Assembly (NCBI GenBank): GCA_043228905.1
Contig: JBHGNT010000004.1
Span: 14,446,001 to 14,510,000, forward strand
Length of the DNA: 64,000 bases
Direction: 5' to 3'
From: Azolla caroliniana
Lineage: Eukaryota > Plantae > Polypodiophyta
Shown: positions 47,701-58,681 of the stretch, piece by piece
Layout of the letters: every line of letters starts with the position of its first letter
How positions within the stretch are numbered: the stretch's first letter is position 1
Translations under genes and position numbers: made by a program
The notes under the pieces: generated by a model
Seen by the model: the letters and a program-made list of their open reading frames with translations, nothing else
What the model was told of the DNA's origin: nothing
Database searches by the model: none

Positions 47701-49861
47701 ATACAAGAAAAACACTATATACCTAGAAGTAACAATCATTGAAATTTCGATTCTCACTTCAGGAGGCTGTAACCCTTGAAAGAAAATGTGCACATATAGA
47801 CAGTCTCACGAACCCCAAACAAAATTATGATGTAACACTGACACCTATTTATAGGGTGGAAACTTGGGAACTGAGCCTTCAAATGGCATGGCGCATACAT
47901 AGCGGAGACATTTAAAGAGGCTTTTAGTCTCAATGATTGCCTGCATGATAAAGCAGAAATCGTCAGTGCCCCATGATGTAATCTGGGCTGAGATTGGTAG
48001 CCCCTATAGTGACCAAGGCACCGTTCCAATCTGTGGCTTGTATCCACTGGGTTTGGGCCAAAGCAAAGGTACTCAATGTTGAGAGCTCACATGATCAAAA
48101 CAGATGGAAGAACAGGGAGATAATCATTGTTGTTATGTTGATATGCAAGAATCATTTTACTCTCATGACATAAATAGAAACGCCCTACCCTCATTCTGAT
48201 GTAGCTCGGATTGTCCATGCTTAGACATCAACAAAATGGAAAAGAATAAATAGAATGGTTCAAACTGATAACATCAAGTTGGATCAGCCCTAGAACGTCT
48301 CTCATCAGGAAGGTGCCCACTATAAGGTCCTCTTTTTCATACTTCTAGTAGAATAGATTTATCATTAGGCCATCAAATATGGATACGTCTCTCAATTATG
48401 CACTTCATCATGTAAAGAGCAGCTATAGAAGAATGGATCTTCCAATTCTGCGATCAGGATATGGAATCAGAGGAGCCCTATGTTTTCCATCTTATTGTTT
48501 TCTATGATGCCAGTGCCTATTCGAATAATACTGTCTAAAATATGTAATTTGATTTGTTTTCATTTTTATCTACAGAGCTTACTTGCAAGAAATGCTCTTG
48601 AACAAGCTTTATGGAGAATAAGATTCTTTGATGAGTTAGAAAAGATCTCAAATTATGACAATCTTGATCATCACTTTAAGATGTGTAAGCATATATTTCT
48701 GTCCCCCATTCAACTGCATAGTATAATTTAGATTGTTTTAGAAATGACTATATAGAATTTTACCTTGGAACATGATAGTTCCAACTCTAGCCTGTTTTTT
48801 CAAAATCGTTTCTGATTTATAATTTGGTCTTCTAAAAGCATAATCTGAGTATATCTCCTGTTAGTAACATTTGTAAGTGTGAGAGTAGTACTAAAAAGAT
48901 GCACATTTTTGTTTTCTCTTCTCTCAAACAATCAGTATGGGGTAAACATGGTGATGATATAAGCCTACAGTATAGCGGCACAGAAGCACTGAAACGAGAC
49001 TTTCTGAGGTAAGATTTCCGTCTCAAGCACAATTTCTTATTCTCTTTTTCTGGATGAACTATTAATATGAACTGAATTTCTATTAGATTTGGGAAGAGGA
49101 CTACCGTTGGACTTTTGCAAGATGGATTGAATGCTCTGACTAGATATTATCTCAATAATTTTCACGATGGAAGCAAACAGGTGTTTATTCTCATGGAATT
49201 AAGTCTAATCTGCTCGGTTTTGCCACCAGAAGCTCTTTAATGTATAAAGATATGTATATATGAAATGATATTCCTACCATTGTGCAGGATGCATTAGATC
49301 TTATAAGTGGACATTACATTGTGAGCCGATACAAACCATCACCATTCCAAGGAGATGGGTTTGAAGCAATTACTGTGAGTCTTAAACACAAAGCAACAAT
49401 ATATTTGCTCTATGTACAAGGATATCTATTTTTTTCTGTTTACTTACAAGGATGCTGTTGTATTCTTGTTTACACTATCGTTGTGTACAGTATCTACCTC
49501 TGGCATCAGCCCTTATAGTAACTGGCATAACCCTAACCTCGAGCTCCATTGCACGAGGTATGTTACATGTATAACACAATTTTAAGTGATATTTCTAAAC
49601 AAAAATATCCATGAGGCTCCATTTCAAATAAAATGAGAACTATCTTTTGGTACAATAAAAAAACTATCTTCTGAAAGAGAATTGAATGGGGGTAATGTTA
49701 TTATATTGATCCTGGTAATAGAATGGAATGCAGTGAAAAAGGATGCATGCTACTTCATAAAATCTGTCCTCTGGGCCGGTATTACTGCGGGAATGGCAGC
49801 TCTTGTGAAAGCAAATGGCCGTCAGTTCTGCAGTCGACCTCGCCTTTGCAAGCTATCCTGA
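31760..49861 (+). CDS. SAC8: SAC1-family phosphoinositide phosphatase, SAC8-like, ~619 aa, 21 exons
   Basis: join(31760-31805,33093-33275,36312-36395,37009-37136,37239-37330,37839-37896,38000-38056,38141-38174,38269-38349,38431-38537,43071-43157,45974-46051,46157-46227,46455-46553,46625-46721,48576-48684,48936-49008,49087-49180,49288-49374,49491-49557,49734-49861) = 1860 nt, open frame. SAC motifs [36 protein letters not shown], catalytic [28 protein letters not shown]; two C-terminal hydrophobic helices; SAC8-type end [17 protein letters not shown]. Exon 1 and the exon 21 acceptor (alternative 49722) are least certain. Confidence 0.92.
34898..36138 (-). mobile_element. Small LTR-element remnant in SAC8 intron 2
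   Basis: TG..CA segment 34898-35308 whose end is partly repeated at 36050-36138; integrase C-terminal peptide [23 protein letters not shown] at 35448-35660. Confidence 0.4.
38175..38268 (+). other. U12-type (minor spliceosome) AT-AC intron of SAC8
   Basis: 5' site ATATCCTTT, branch site TTCCTTAAC 38250-38258, 3' AC; removal gives in-frame conserved PVIQG-SFQ. Confidence 0.95.
38741..40352 (-). mobile_element. Non-LTR retrotransposon (RTE/RTEX-like LINE) 3' fragment with (TTTC)n tail
   Basis: [45 protein letters not shown]-terminal [21 protein letters not shown]; internally deleted. Confidence 0.85.
40353..42900 (-). mobile_element. Decayed Ty3/gypsy remnant (3' LTR 40353-41009 with PPT, probable solo LTR 41346-41705, gag/protease fragments)
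   Basis: Minus-strand AAGGAGGGGGG PPT before TGTGAAGTC; [18 protein letters not shown] protease; [12 protein letters not shown] knuckle. Confidence 0.55.
41706..41768. repeat. (TA)n microsatellite, ~31 units
   Basis: Seen directly. Confidence 0.95.
44008..44365 (+). mobile_element. LINE RT fragment, same family as 38741-40352
   Basis: [30 protein letters not shown] nearly identical to 39950-40085 (-). Confidence 0.85.
44366..45280 (-). mobile_element. Probable LINE 5' end: coiled-coil ORF1 fragment plus 5'UTR tandem repeats
   Basis: ORF 44320-44895 is heptad-rich ([13 protein letters not shown]...); ~7 copies of a 25-26-bp repeat at 44975-45140; telo-box-like motifs (AAACCCTAAA at ~45158, GAACCCTAAA at ~45191). 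Confidence 0.55.
47237..48480. mobile_element. LINE 3' UTR/tail copy (47237-47428, -) abutting an older decayed LINE RT (47430-48480, +)
   Basis: 47240-47400 repeats 38745-38900; plus-strand CFVDFRKAF at 47476-47502. Confidence 0.7.
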
Positions 49862-50436
49862 TGAGGTATGACATGGTTGAAAATGGCCATTTTTCAGCCT
49901 CCTGTACTGTTTCTTAATTTTGGCTATTTCCTACCACATTTTCGTCTTAAATCTCTTTGCACTCTCCTTTCAACTAATGAACCAAATAAATACTATTTAA
50001 TTAACACAAAATTCATGCTCGTCAACGTTACCCTAATAAATATTATTTTATACAAAGTTCAGTCTCTTGTCAATGAATCAACCTAATAAATTTGGTTAAT
50101 TTGACATGAATTCATGTTGACACCTAAAGTTTATAAACGACCCACGCTCATTCCCCCTAGCTAAGACCCTTCTGCTTCCTAGAGGAATGGGTCCATAATC
50201 ATGTCGTATTAGGTTAATTAATTGATAAGGAGATTGTGGTCACTAACAGTTCTCATCATGGAAATGGGTGATATGGAATCTGTAGATTAAATAGGTAGAC
50301 TTCAATGTGATCATATAAAGGAGATTACTTGCATATAGGGTCCAGATACTCTAGATTTCTGCACTAGCACATAAACTGTTCAGACGAATTACATTTTTGA
50401 GTATATACCCCTGTAACACTCTGAATAATCAAAGGA

Positions 50437-50696
50437 AAAACACCCAGGTTTTTGTGGGAGGAGCTCTGTAATGGGCATATGAATATGACATATCTACTCA
50501 TAAATGAAGGATCAGGGATGGCAGAAGATTGCTTTCACAAGCGAAGTCTTGGAATCAGCCACCCACTGACCCAGAGTAAAAAACTCAGGTTTTCGTGGGA
50601 GCTCTGGAATGGGCGTATCAATGTAAGATATCTACTCATAGAATCGAAGGACCAGGGATGGTAGAAGATTGCTTCCATAAGCAAAGTCATAGAATC
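50437..50696. repeat. Two diverged ~140-bp tandem copies downstream of SAC8
   Basis: CAGGTTTT..GGAGCTCTG..ATATCTACTCATA..CAGGGATGG.AGAAGATTGC present twice. Confidence 0.6.
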
Positions 50697-53600
50697 TGCA
50701 GTTTAGGTGTATCAAACACGATCTGTAATGCTAAAGAAAACATATGTATATGTATATAAATGGGGTATATGTAATTCAAGCGTACAACTTTTCTTGTAAA
50801 TTTTATATATTCACAGGTTTATATTGCTATGGTGACATTTACGAACATTTAATATGTATACAAAGTTCAAGCTATAAGTCACATAAACAACAGGTTTATG
50901 CCACTTTTGTGAAAATGTATCATAAATCAATTTGTTAAAAGATTTTTGTACCATAAGTACACAACATAATATGTTCCAACAATTGCGGGGATTTAAGTTC
51001 TTTTCAATGCATGCATATAAGTCTTAGTTCTTTCTAAAGGGATAAATTTTCAAGCATAGTTGCTAGTGTGAGACTTTGAGGTTTATGCATTCATAATGTT
51101 TTGAATCACACTAAAAGTTCACAAAGATTAATATTTATTAAGATTCAAAGAGTTTAGGTTGTTAAACAAGTGGATGAGAAATTAAACGGGCTTGGTACAT
51201 AGAGAAATAGGAACACAAAGGTTATCATTCCCAATTCCAAATCAAAATGTTATGCTAGTCTAATCAGACAACTTAATTTAGTCATGAAGACAATATCGCT
51301 AGATGAAATGTTCTTGTAGATGTTCATTCTTCATCACCATTTATTAAATGCACTTGCTTTTCTCATCCTATACACTTCCAGCAGTAAATTATATTATGGC
51401 CGCAAGGATGCTTTTTACCATAATTCTCTAAGTTGTGTATGTAGAGCTGCTACATATTTTTATGTACATATCTTGCATGCCAAATTCCTCTAGAGGCTAG
51501 TTGCAGTTCATGGTATGGTGACACTCATATGTCAACTTGTGCATTGATTTCCTTAAGGGCATGGTCTGCTTTATGTTATGTTGCTTTTGTGGTTGTGGTA
51601 TTGAATGATGGAACAGATTTAAATAAAATTGCTATTGGTCAGATTGGTGGAAATCACTTCAACATTTGCTTCATGTTTTTTCTCACCAAACTGATTTGTT
51701 ACCAATTGCTGTCATGCACATACACCTGCTCTTTTTGTGAACTGTGTATTGAGTGGGATTGTTGGTTTACTCCGTTCATCGCTTGTAGAATATGCATGTT
51801 GTTCCTCTTTATGTTTCTTAAGTTAGCTTTGGTCTCAACCAGGTCTTGGCCTACATATTATTGTTTGGGGTGACATCTTTGGAACTCATGAGGTAACTCC
51901 AAAGGAAAAGTGATGTTGACAAAGGTTCTCAAATGGTTGTGAAAAATGACCTTGAAGTAACTACATTTTGAATGCTCATCTCAACACCATTGTGCTAGTA
52001 GAACGTGAACATTGTATAGTTTGAAGATTCTTTGCATCTAGCAAGCTCAAGTGTGTGAACTATAGCTTAAGTCAAATGCACATCACTTAATCTTTTGGCA
52101 TAGTATATGACCACTTTTTCCATGCCTTTTTTGAACTAAAGACTACAACTAGTTCATGTAAAAAACTGAGGGGATCCTGAGGTAATTTTTGAATTCAAAT
52201 TATATACCAACTTTTTGGAGAATTTTATAAGCAAAGCATTGGAGAAGTAGTATGATTCTCTCTCATCTTTTGGGTATTTGTAGGCTCTTATTGGGAGTGC
52301 ATATGTCAAGTCTAAGCTCACATGCATAGCTTAAGCAAGCATACAAGCCTCCTTGCTTGATAGAAGTTTCCTATGAATGTTGATAATTTATCGCCTATAT
52401 GTCTTTATGTTCTTGAGCATATGTAAGATAGCTCATCTTGTTCCTGTTCTTGTAAGCTTTTTGGAGTACAATCTTAGTTTAAAGTGTTCCTTATCCTTGA
52501 ATATATTAACCTTGAAAGCTCTTTTGTATGGTCTTTGCATATTCATAAGTGCATGTGTATGAAGCACATAGATGCGAGCTGTCGGTTTGGACAATTTCTA
52601 GTTTGTCTTATGCAAGGAGGTTGACACACATAATGTTCACCAAATTTGGTGAGCTATAACTTAAGTCTACTTGTAGTGGGCAAAATTGTAAAGGTTCAAT
52701 CCCTTGTTCCAAAGAGCTTGTTGAAGAAGGGGAGAAAGGGTATCCTTTTTGTACCTTCCACACTCCTTGCACTTGCCGTATGGATCAACAATGAACTCCC
52801 CTTTACCATCACATTCCTAACTCCTTTTCCAAGCATACTCGTAAAGCATGAATTAAATTGATATACTTAGCCTCATTGTGGCTATTTGCTTCAATATGAT
52901 CATTCCCACTCCATAATTCATGACATTCTCTATCCACAAAAGCATATCCAACTCATGTGACCTTTGTTTTTGGTTTAAAAGCACTATTAGAATATAACAC
53001 CCCTTCTACATCCTCTAGCATTATATCTTGACTTTATTATTTTTCCTCAACTTGAGCATCTATCTCTTTTGCATTTTTTGTGGGCATAGGATCTTTATAT
53101 GTAAGCATATCTCCCATCTTAGACCTCGTGGTTTCCTCCTTAAGGAAACACACTTCAAACTATTGTATAATCATTACCCATCTTTTCACACGTGCACTAT
53201 CTCTTGGAAATCTTAACATATGAGGCAGTACAAGGCACAAGCACTTAATACTATCATGGTGCTCCTATCGAATAGAGTTTGATTTGGGTGTGCCGATTGG
53301 GAAGGATTTCGAAAGGCCGTTGAGGGCCTATATTCCTATTATAATAAATTGGAATATTGTAGGCAGAATTAGTGTCAAGCTCATTTATGAGTGTTCAAAT
53401 ACTGATGGTACTTGTGTCAGCCCACTCGTCAGGGCTTGTATAAAAGGTGCTCACTGAGCATAGTGTATGTACAAAGAGTTCATTATTTGAAAGTAAAGTG
53501 TTGTTGCGTGCTCTCTTTGTCTCTCTCTCATTGCATATTCATTCTGTGTATAGCTAATTGTCGAGTTTTCGAAACCGATTGTGTACTCGTTTCTGCACAC

Positions 53601-54769
53601 GTATTCTTTCACATGGTATCAGAGTGCAAGGGTTGCAAATCCTCTTCAGCCGACAGAAAAGCAAGCGAACAAGACAGAGACAAGTTTTCTCATTTTCGGA
53701 AAAGAAAAGCCAGGAACATGGGCAGAGGAATGGGAAGCTTGCGTCTGACCGAAAAGATCGATAGGAGCAACTATACAAGATGTAGAAACGCAAGCGAACA
53801 AGATAGAGACAAGTTTTCTCGTTTTCGGAAAAGAAAAGACAAGAACATGGATAGAGGAATAGAAGCTTGCTTCAGACTGAAAAGCTCGATAGGAGCAACT
53901 ATGAATCTTGATCGTATGTGCTTGGGCACCGTTACTGGAGTTATGTCGAAGGAGCTAACGATGCAGCACCTAAGTCGACACACGTAGATTTCCTGGCCTG
54001 GGAACATGCAACAAGCAAAGTTCTCTAATGCTCTGCATCCTATGTGAGCAATCAGATTCTGAGCTACATTTAGGATGCTAGGATGCCGAAGGATTCTTGG
54101 GGAAACCTGAAAAAGATTTTTGCCGCAAGCTCCATAACTAGAAAGCTTCAACTCAGACAGGAGTCACTTAGCAATGTCCGTCAAAGAGACATGTTGGTGG
54201 CTGACTACACCTCCAAGATCATGGAGATCTGCGACTCCCTCGCCTCCATCAACGTGAACGTCGAGGAGGATGAAATGGTGTAGGTTTGCCTCAGAGGGTT
54301 AGCGTCAAAGTTCGGAGCATTCTGAACGACAGAGAATATGCCTCCGTTTTTCGAGCCACAATCAATGTTGCTCGTAGAAGAAAACCACTCGGGTGCGTCG
54401 ACGAGTACACACATCGATAACAAGATGATGTACATGGAGGCGGATCGACCCCGTGGTCGTGGTGGTCGAGGCGGGTCGACACAATGGAGGTGATCAACAG
54501 GAGCAGAACTCGAGGCATAATCGAAATGCTGACAATAGTTCCGGACCCTCCATGGATAGGGGGAGTCAAGGAGGCACCGGAGGTCGACAAGGAAAGGCAT
54601 CGACAAACTGTTGGTACTGTGGTTGGAAGGGCCATAGAGAAAGTGAGTGCTGGAAAAAGCAACCTGATTCGGACAAGGTCGGATCGAGCCGATGAGACGC
54701 GGATAGACGTCAGAGATCACACTACGCCGAAGGCTCAAGGTGAGCCAAAATGGGCCCAACCTTCGTGTC

Positions 54770-56009
54770 TTTGGAGTTCTTTCTTTCCAGTTTCTGTACA
54801 TAGGAAGCGTGTGTCTAGTCTGTGTTGCGTGTGTGTCCTTTATCCTCTCTCATTCGGTTGCTCCCGGTACGTATCCAGAAACGCTTTGGTTGGTGTCCTG
54901 GCCGGTCGTTGGAAACGGTGAAGCTCGACCTTCCATGCTCCGTCTCTCTTAGGTCCAAGACCCTTGTGGTCCCGCCCCAAATCTAACACGTACCTGCAGA
55001 TTTCCACGACAACGTGGATAAGTGTGAGGATTAAACGAGAGTGTAAATAATACTATGGTAAATTCTCACCACGGGATATTATATGGTCATGCCTGTAACA
55101 TCCAGTGTTGGTGTGTGCTCAGATCCGTCTTCCTCGGGTTCGTCCTGAGTATCGTGACAGGATCGGTAGTTGGAGTGGAGGTTGTGTGCATTGTCCAACT
55201 CCGACTCAAATGTTGCAAATGCTTCCGTGTCCTCGACGCCTATGGCTAGGGTTCGCAATATGAATTCTTCGTCGCACAGATTGCTCAAACTGTCGCCTTC
55301 GTCTGAATGTCACTAAGTTTGCAACCGAACTGTCTCCTGTACGACCCACCGAATCTCTCTAGGAAACAATCGATCATGTCGGATCTCCTCGGCCGCCTAC
55401 TGGTAGGCCTCCCGCCTCTACAGTCTCTCGACTAGTCTTGTCGCTCGTTCGGTAACGGGGTCGTTCATTGGTCTAGTCATCCATTCCCCATCGTTCGTTG
55501 CACTTTGCAGGAATCATGGTTGCCAAAATTGTGTTTACTCTGGGCTAGACATAGCCACAAACACACGGGTGTCCGTTCCAAACACTTCACCAAAAGGGGT
55601 CAGTAGGGAATGATGTTATCTGACATAGATCCGATTCAAATCCGGGTATTTCCGGATACTCTCTAGATGGTTAATACACAACCGATTAATGGAAACATGT
55701 GTAAGATTATGAATGAAAGCATAGAATCGAAAGTAGATGTAAGAGACACAATAGAATTAAATTAGAATGCTCAAACTTGTATCACTTCCGTTGTTAATTA
55801 CATCGATTCCTGGATCCTTTTATAGGCATCCGGTTGGAATTACAAAACAGTGCCTTATTGGTTACCAGTTATCAATCGGTCCGGATCCGGATCGGTACAA
55901 CTATTCTAGATCCATTCGTTCCTATAATATTTCCTAATAATTATTCTAATATTATTCCTCGACTCGTCCTTGTACATATTAATCCTCCAGTCCATACTCC
56001 TAGACTAAC
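54770..56009 (-). mobile_element. Composite LTR-element fragment replacing the B2 protease region
   Basis: TG..AACA segment ~55614-56009 with minus-strand TATAAAAG; adjacent decayed gag-like reading; second LTR-like end TCTAACA at ~54988. Confidence 0.45.
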
Positions 56010-57792
56010 AAAAGCTTGCCAGTTAGGGAAGCATCACCGACTTCCGTTCCCAACTGAAAGAGATCGCAACCGAAACAAGCTCAATTTGATCCATTTGGAT
56101 GTATAGGGACCAACGCAAAACGTGAGCCTCGGTGGAAGTCGTTACTTTGTAACCTTCATCGATGACTACACTCGGCACACTTGGGTGTGCTTGATTGAGA
56201 AGAAAAGTGAAGTATTCTCCTACTTCTTGAAGGTGAAAAGCCTTGCCGAACGGGAGTGAGGCCGAAAGATGAAATGCCTAAGGTTCGATGGCGGGAAGGA
56301 GTACTTTTGTGACCAATTCTCTAGTTATTTTCAAAAGGAAGGAATTTGAAGTGAATTCTCTTGCAGATACACGCCGCAACAAAATGGTGTGATTGAGAGA
56401 AAAAATCGGACGATCGAAGAAACGACTAGGGCAATGCTTGAAAAGAAGCATATGCCAAAGTTTTATTGGGACGAAGCCGTTAGGACCGTGGTATACTAGT
56501 AGAATCAGACTTCTGCAAATGGAGGAGTGTCACCACACGAGCTGTATTTCGGGAAGAAACCATATTTGGCACACTTGAGGGTTTTCGGTAGCATTGCATA
56601 TGTGCATGTGCTGAAAGAGAAGCGGAGGAAGCTAGACGCGAAAGCCGAGAACTGCATTCTCATCGGCTACTTGGATAAGTAGAAGGGTTATACATGCTAT
56701 AACCCTCAAATGAAAGAGGTCTGAGTAAGCTGAGATGTCGTTTTCTACGAGTCGGCTTTGTGATACTTGCCTTCACCTCCAATCCCCATCCACTCCATTC
56801 CAAATTCTGAGGATGAGGCCTGTGAGGCCGAGAAACCCCTCAAGGAAGAAGAAATCGAAACTCTAGAAGAGAGTCCAATCTCATTTCGGCTAAGTGGGCT
56901 GAATGAGCGGCTAAGTCGAACGGACCTGTCGGATGAAGTGCCAGCGAGTAGTGGAGACTCAGTCGTGCAATCCTCGTGCTAGAAACCGAGGAGATGGTTT
57001 ACGCACAAGGAGAAGGGGAAGATGAATGCACCAGAGTATAGCACCGAGGCCGAAACGTCGGATCGAACCGATCCACCCGCTAGAAGAATTCCGTAGTTTG
57101 GTACGAGTATAATTAGTATATGGCGCATCATTATGCATATGTGGCGAAGGTGGAAAATGTGCGTGAGCCAGAGAGCTATGCAGAAGCGGCCAAGGATGCG
57201 AATTGGCGTGTTGCTATGGAGGAAGAGCTGCGCGTGCTAACGGAGAATGAGACCCTGGACCTGATTGATGCCCCAAGGGTGTGAAGCCAATCAGATGCAG
57301 GTGGGTGTACAAGGTCAAGTACAATGCCGATGGCTCGATCAACTGATATAAGGCTCGATTAGTAACGAAGGGCTATGTGCACAAACACGACATCGATTAC
57401 CATGAGACCTTCACGCCAATCGCGAAGATGATAACTGTCCGTGTATTGCTGGTGGCAGCGGTGGCAAAGGGGTGGGACTTACATCAAATGGATGTCAAGA
57501 ATGTGTTCCTACAAGGCGATCTTGAGGAACATGTGTACATGGTACAACCCCCCGGATTTCTATCCGAACGAAACACTGCGGCAGTCTGCCGATTGAAGAA
57601 GTCGTTGTATGGACTCAAGCAAGCCTCGCGTGCCTGTATCACAAAGATCACGCTGACGTTACATAATATGTGATTTGTTCCATCGAAATCAAACTCCTCA
57701 TTGTTCATTCGGCCGAGTCAGACCGAACCGATTAGCATTCTGCTATATGTTGATGATCTAGTCATCGCTGGTGCCGACGTCAAACAAATCGG

Positions 57793-58314
57793 TCAAGTAA
57801 AGTCTCAGTTTGTGGCATCATTCGAAATGAAGGATCAGGGGGACCTTCATTACTTCGTCGGGATCGAAGTGATCTCAACCGCCAAAGGCATATTGATCAG
57901 CCAATGCCATTATGTGTTGAATATGCTCTTCGAGTTCAAGATGGTGGATTGTAAGTCCATCTCAGCTTCAAGTAAAGTCTCAGCTTGCGGCATCATTCGA
58001 AATGAAGGATCAGGGGGACCTTCATTACTTCGTCGGGATCGAAGTGATCTCAATCCCCAAAGACATATTGATCAGCCAATGCCATTATGTGTTGAATATG
58101 CTCTTCAAGTTCAAGATGGTGGATTGTAAGTCCATCTCAGCTTCAAGTAAAGTCTCAGCTTGCGGCATCATTCGAAATGAAGGATCTGGGGGACCTTCAT
58201 TACTTCGTCGAGATCGAAGTGATCTCAACCCCCAAAGGCATATTGATCAGCCAACACCATTATGTGTTGAATATGCTCTTCAAGTTCAAGATGGTGGATT
58301 GTAAGTCCATCTCA
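57793..58314 (+). repeat. Tandem triplication of 175 bp inside the B2 RT
   Basis: Units start at 57793, 57968 and 58143 (TCAAGTAAAGTCTCAG...GTCCATCTCA). Confidence 0.95.
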
Positions 58315-58681
58315 TCCCCTTTGGACCAAAATGTAAAGCTTCGCCGAGATTCGGAAACGGGGTGTGACCCGACACAGTTCCGACAAATTGTTGGAAGCCT
58401 CATCTATTTGACGATCACTCAACCCGACTTCAGTTACTCGGTCAACCTGATCAGTCAATTCATCGCACAGCCAAAGGCCGAACACCTTCAGTCCGTGCAA
58501 AGGATATTGAGGTATGTTAGCGGCACTAAGCACATGGCGTTGTTCTATCAGGCAGGAGTAGCCGATGAGTTAATCGGCTACACGGATGCCGATTGGGCCG
58601 GAAACTCTAGAGATTGCAGGTCAACATCTAGCTTCGTGTGTTCGTTGGGAGCAGTAAAAACTAGACGACAGTAGCACTATC

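Larger units (their letters stand above)
53300..58681 (+). mobile_element. Ty1/copia element B2 (related to B1), interrupted by C2; 5' LTR start approximate
   Basis: LTR end TTCACA at 53613 plus PBS TGGTATCAGAGT 53614-53625; gag (WGNLKKIFAAS..RKLQLRQE, CWYCGWKGHRESEC); integrase (ACQLGKHHRLPF, IHLDV, YTPQQNG); RT (QMDVKNVFLQG, LYVDDL); RH (GYTDADWAG). Confidence 0.88.

Noticed and set aside
51860-53260. Old minus-strand copia remnant
   Set aside because: Only faint gag/RNaseH-like traces; no boundaries or clear motifs I can support.
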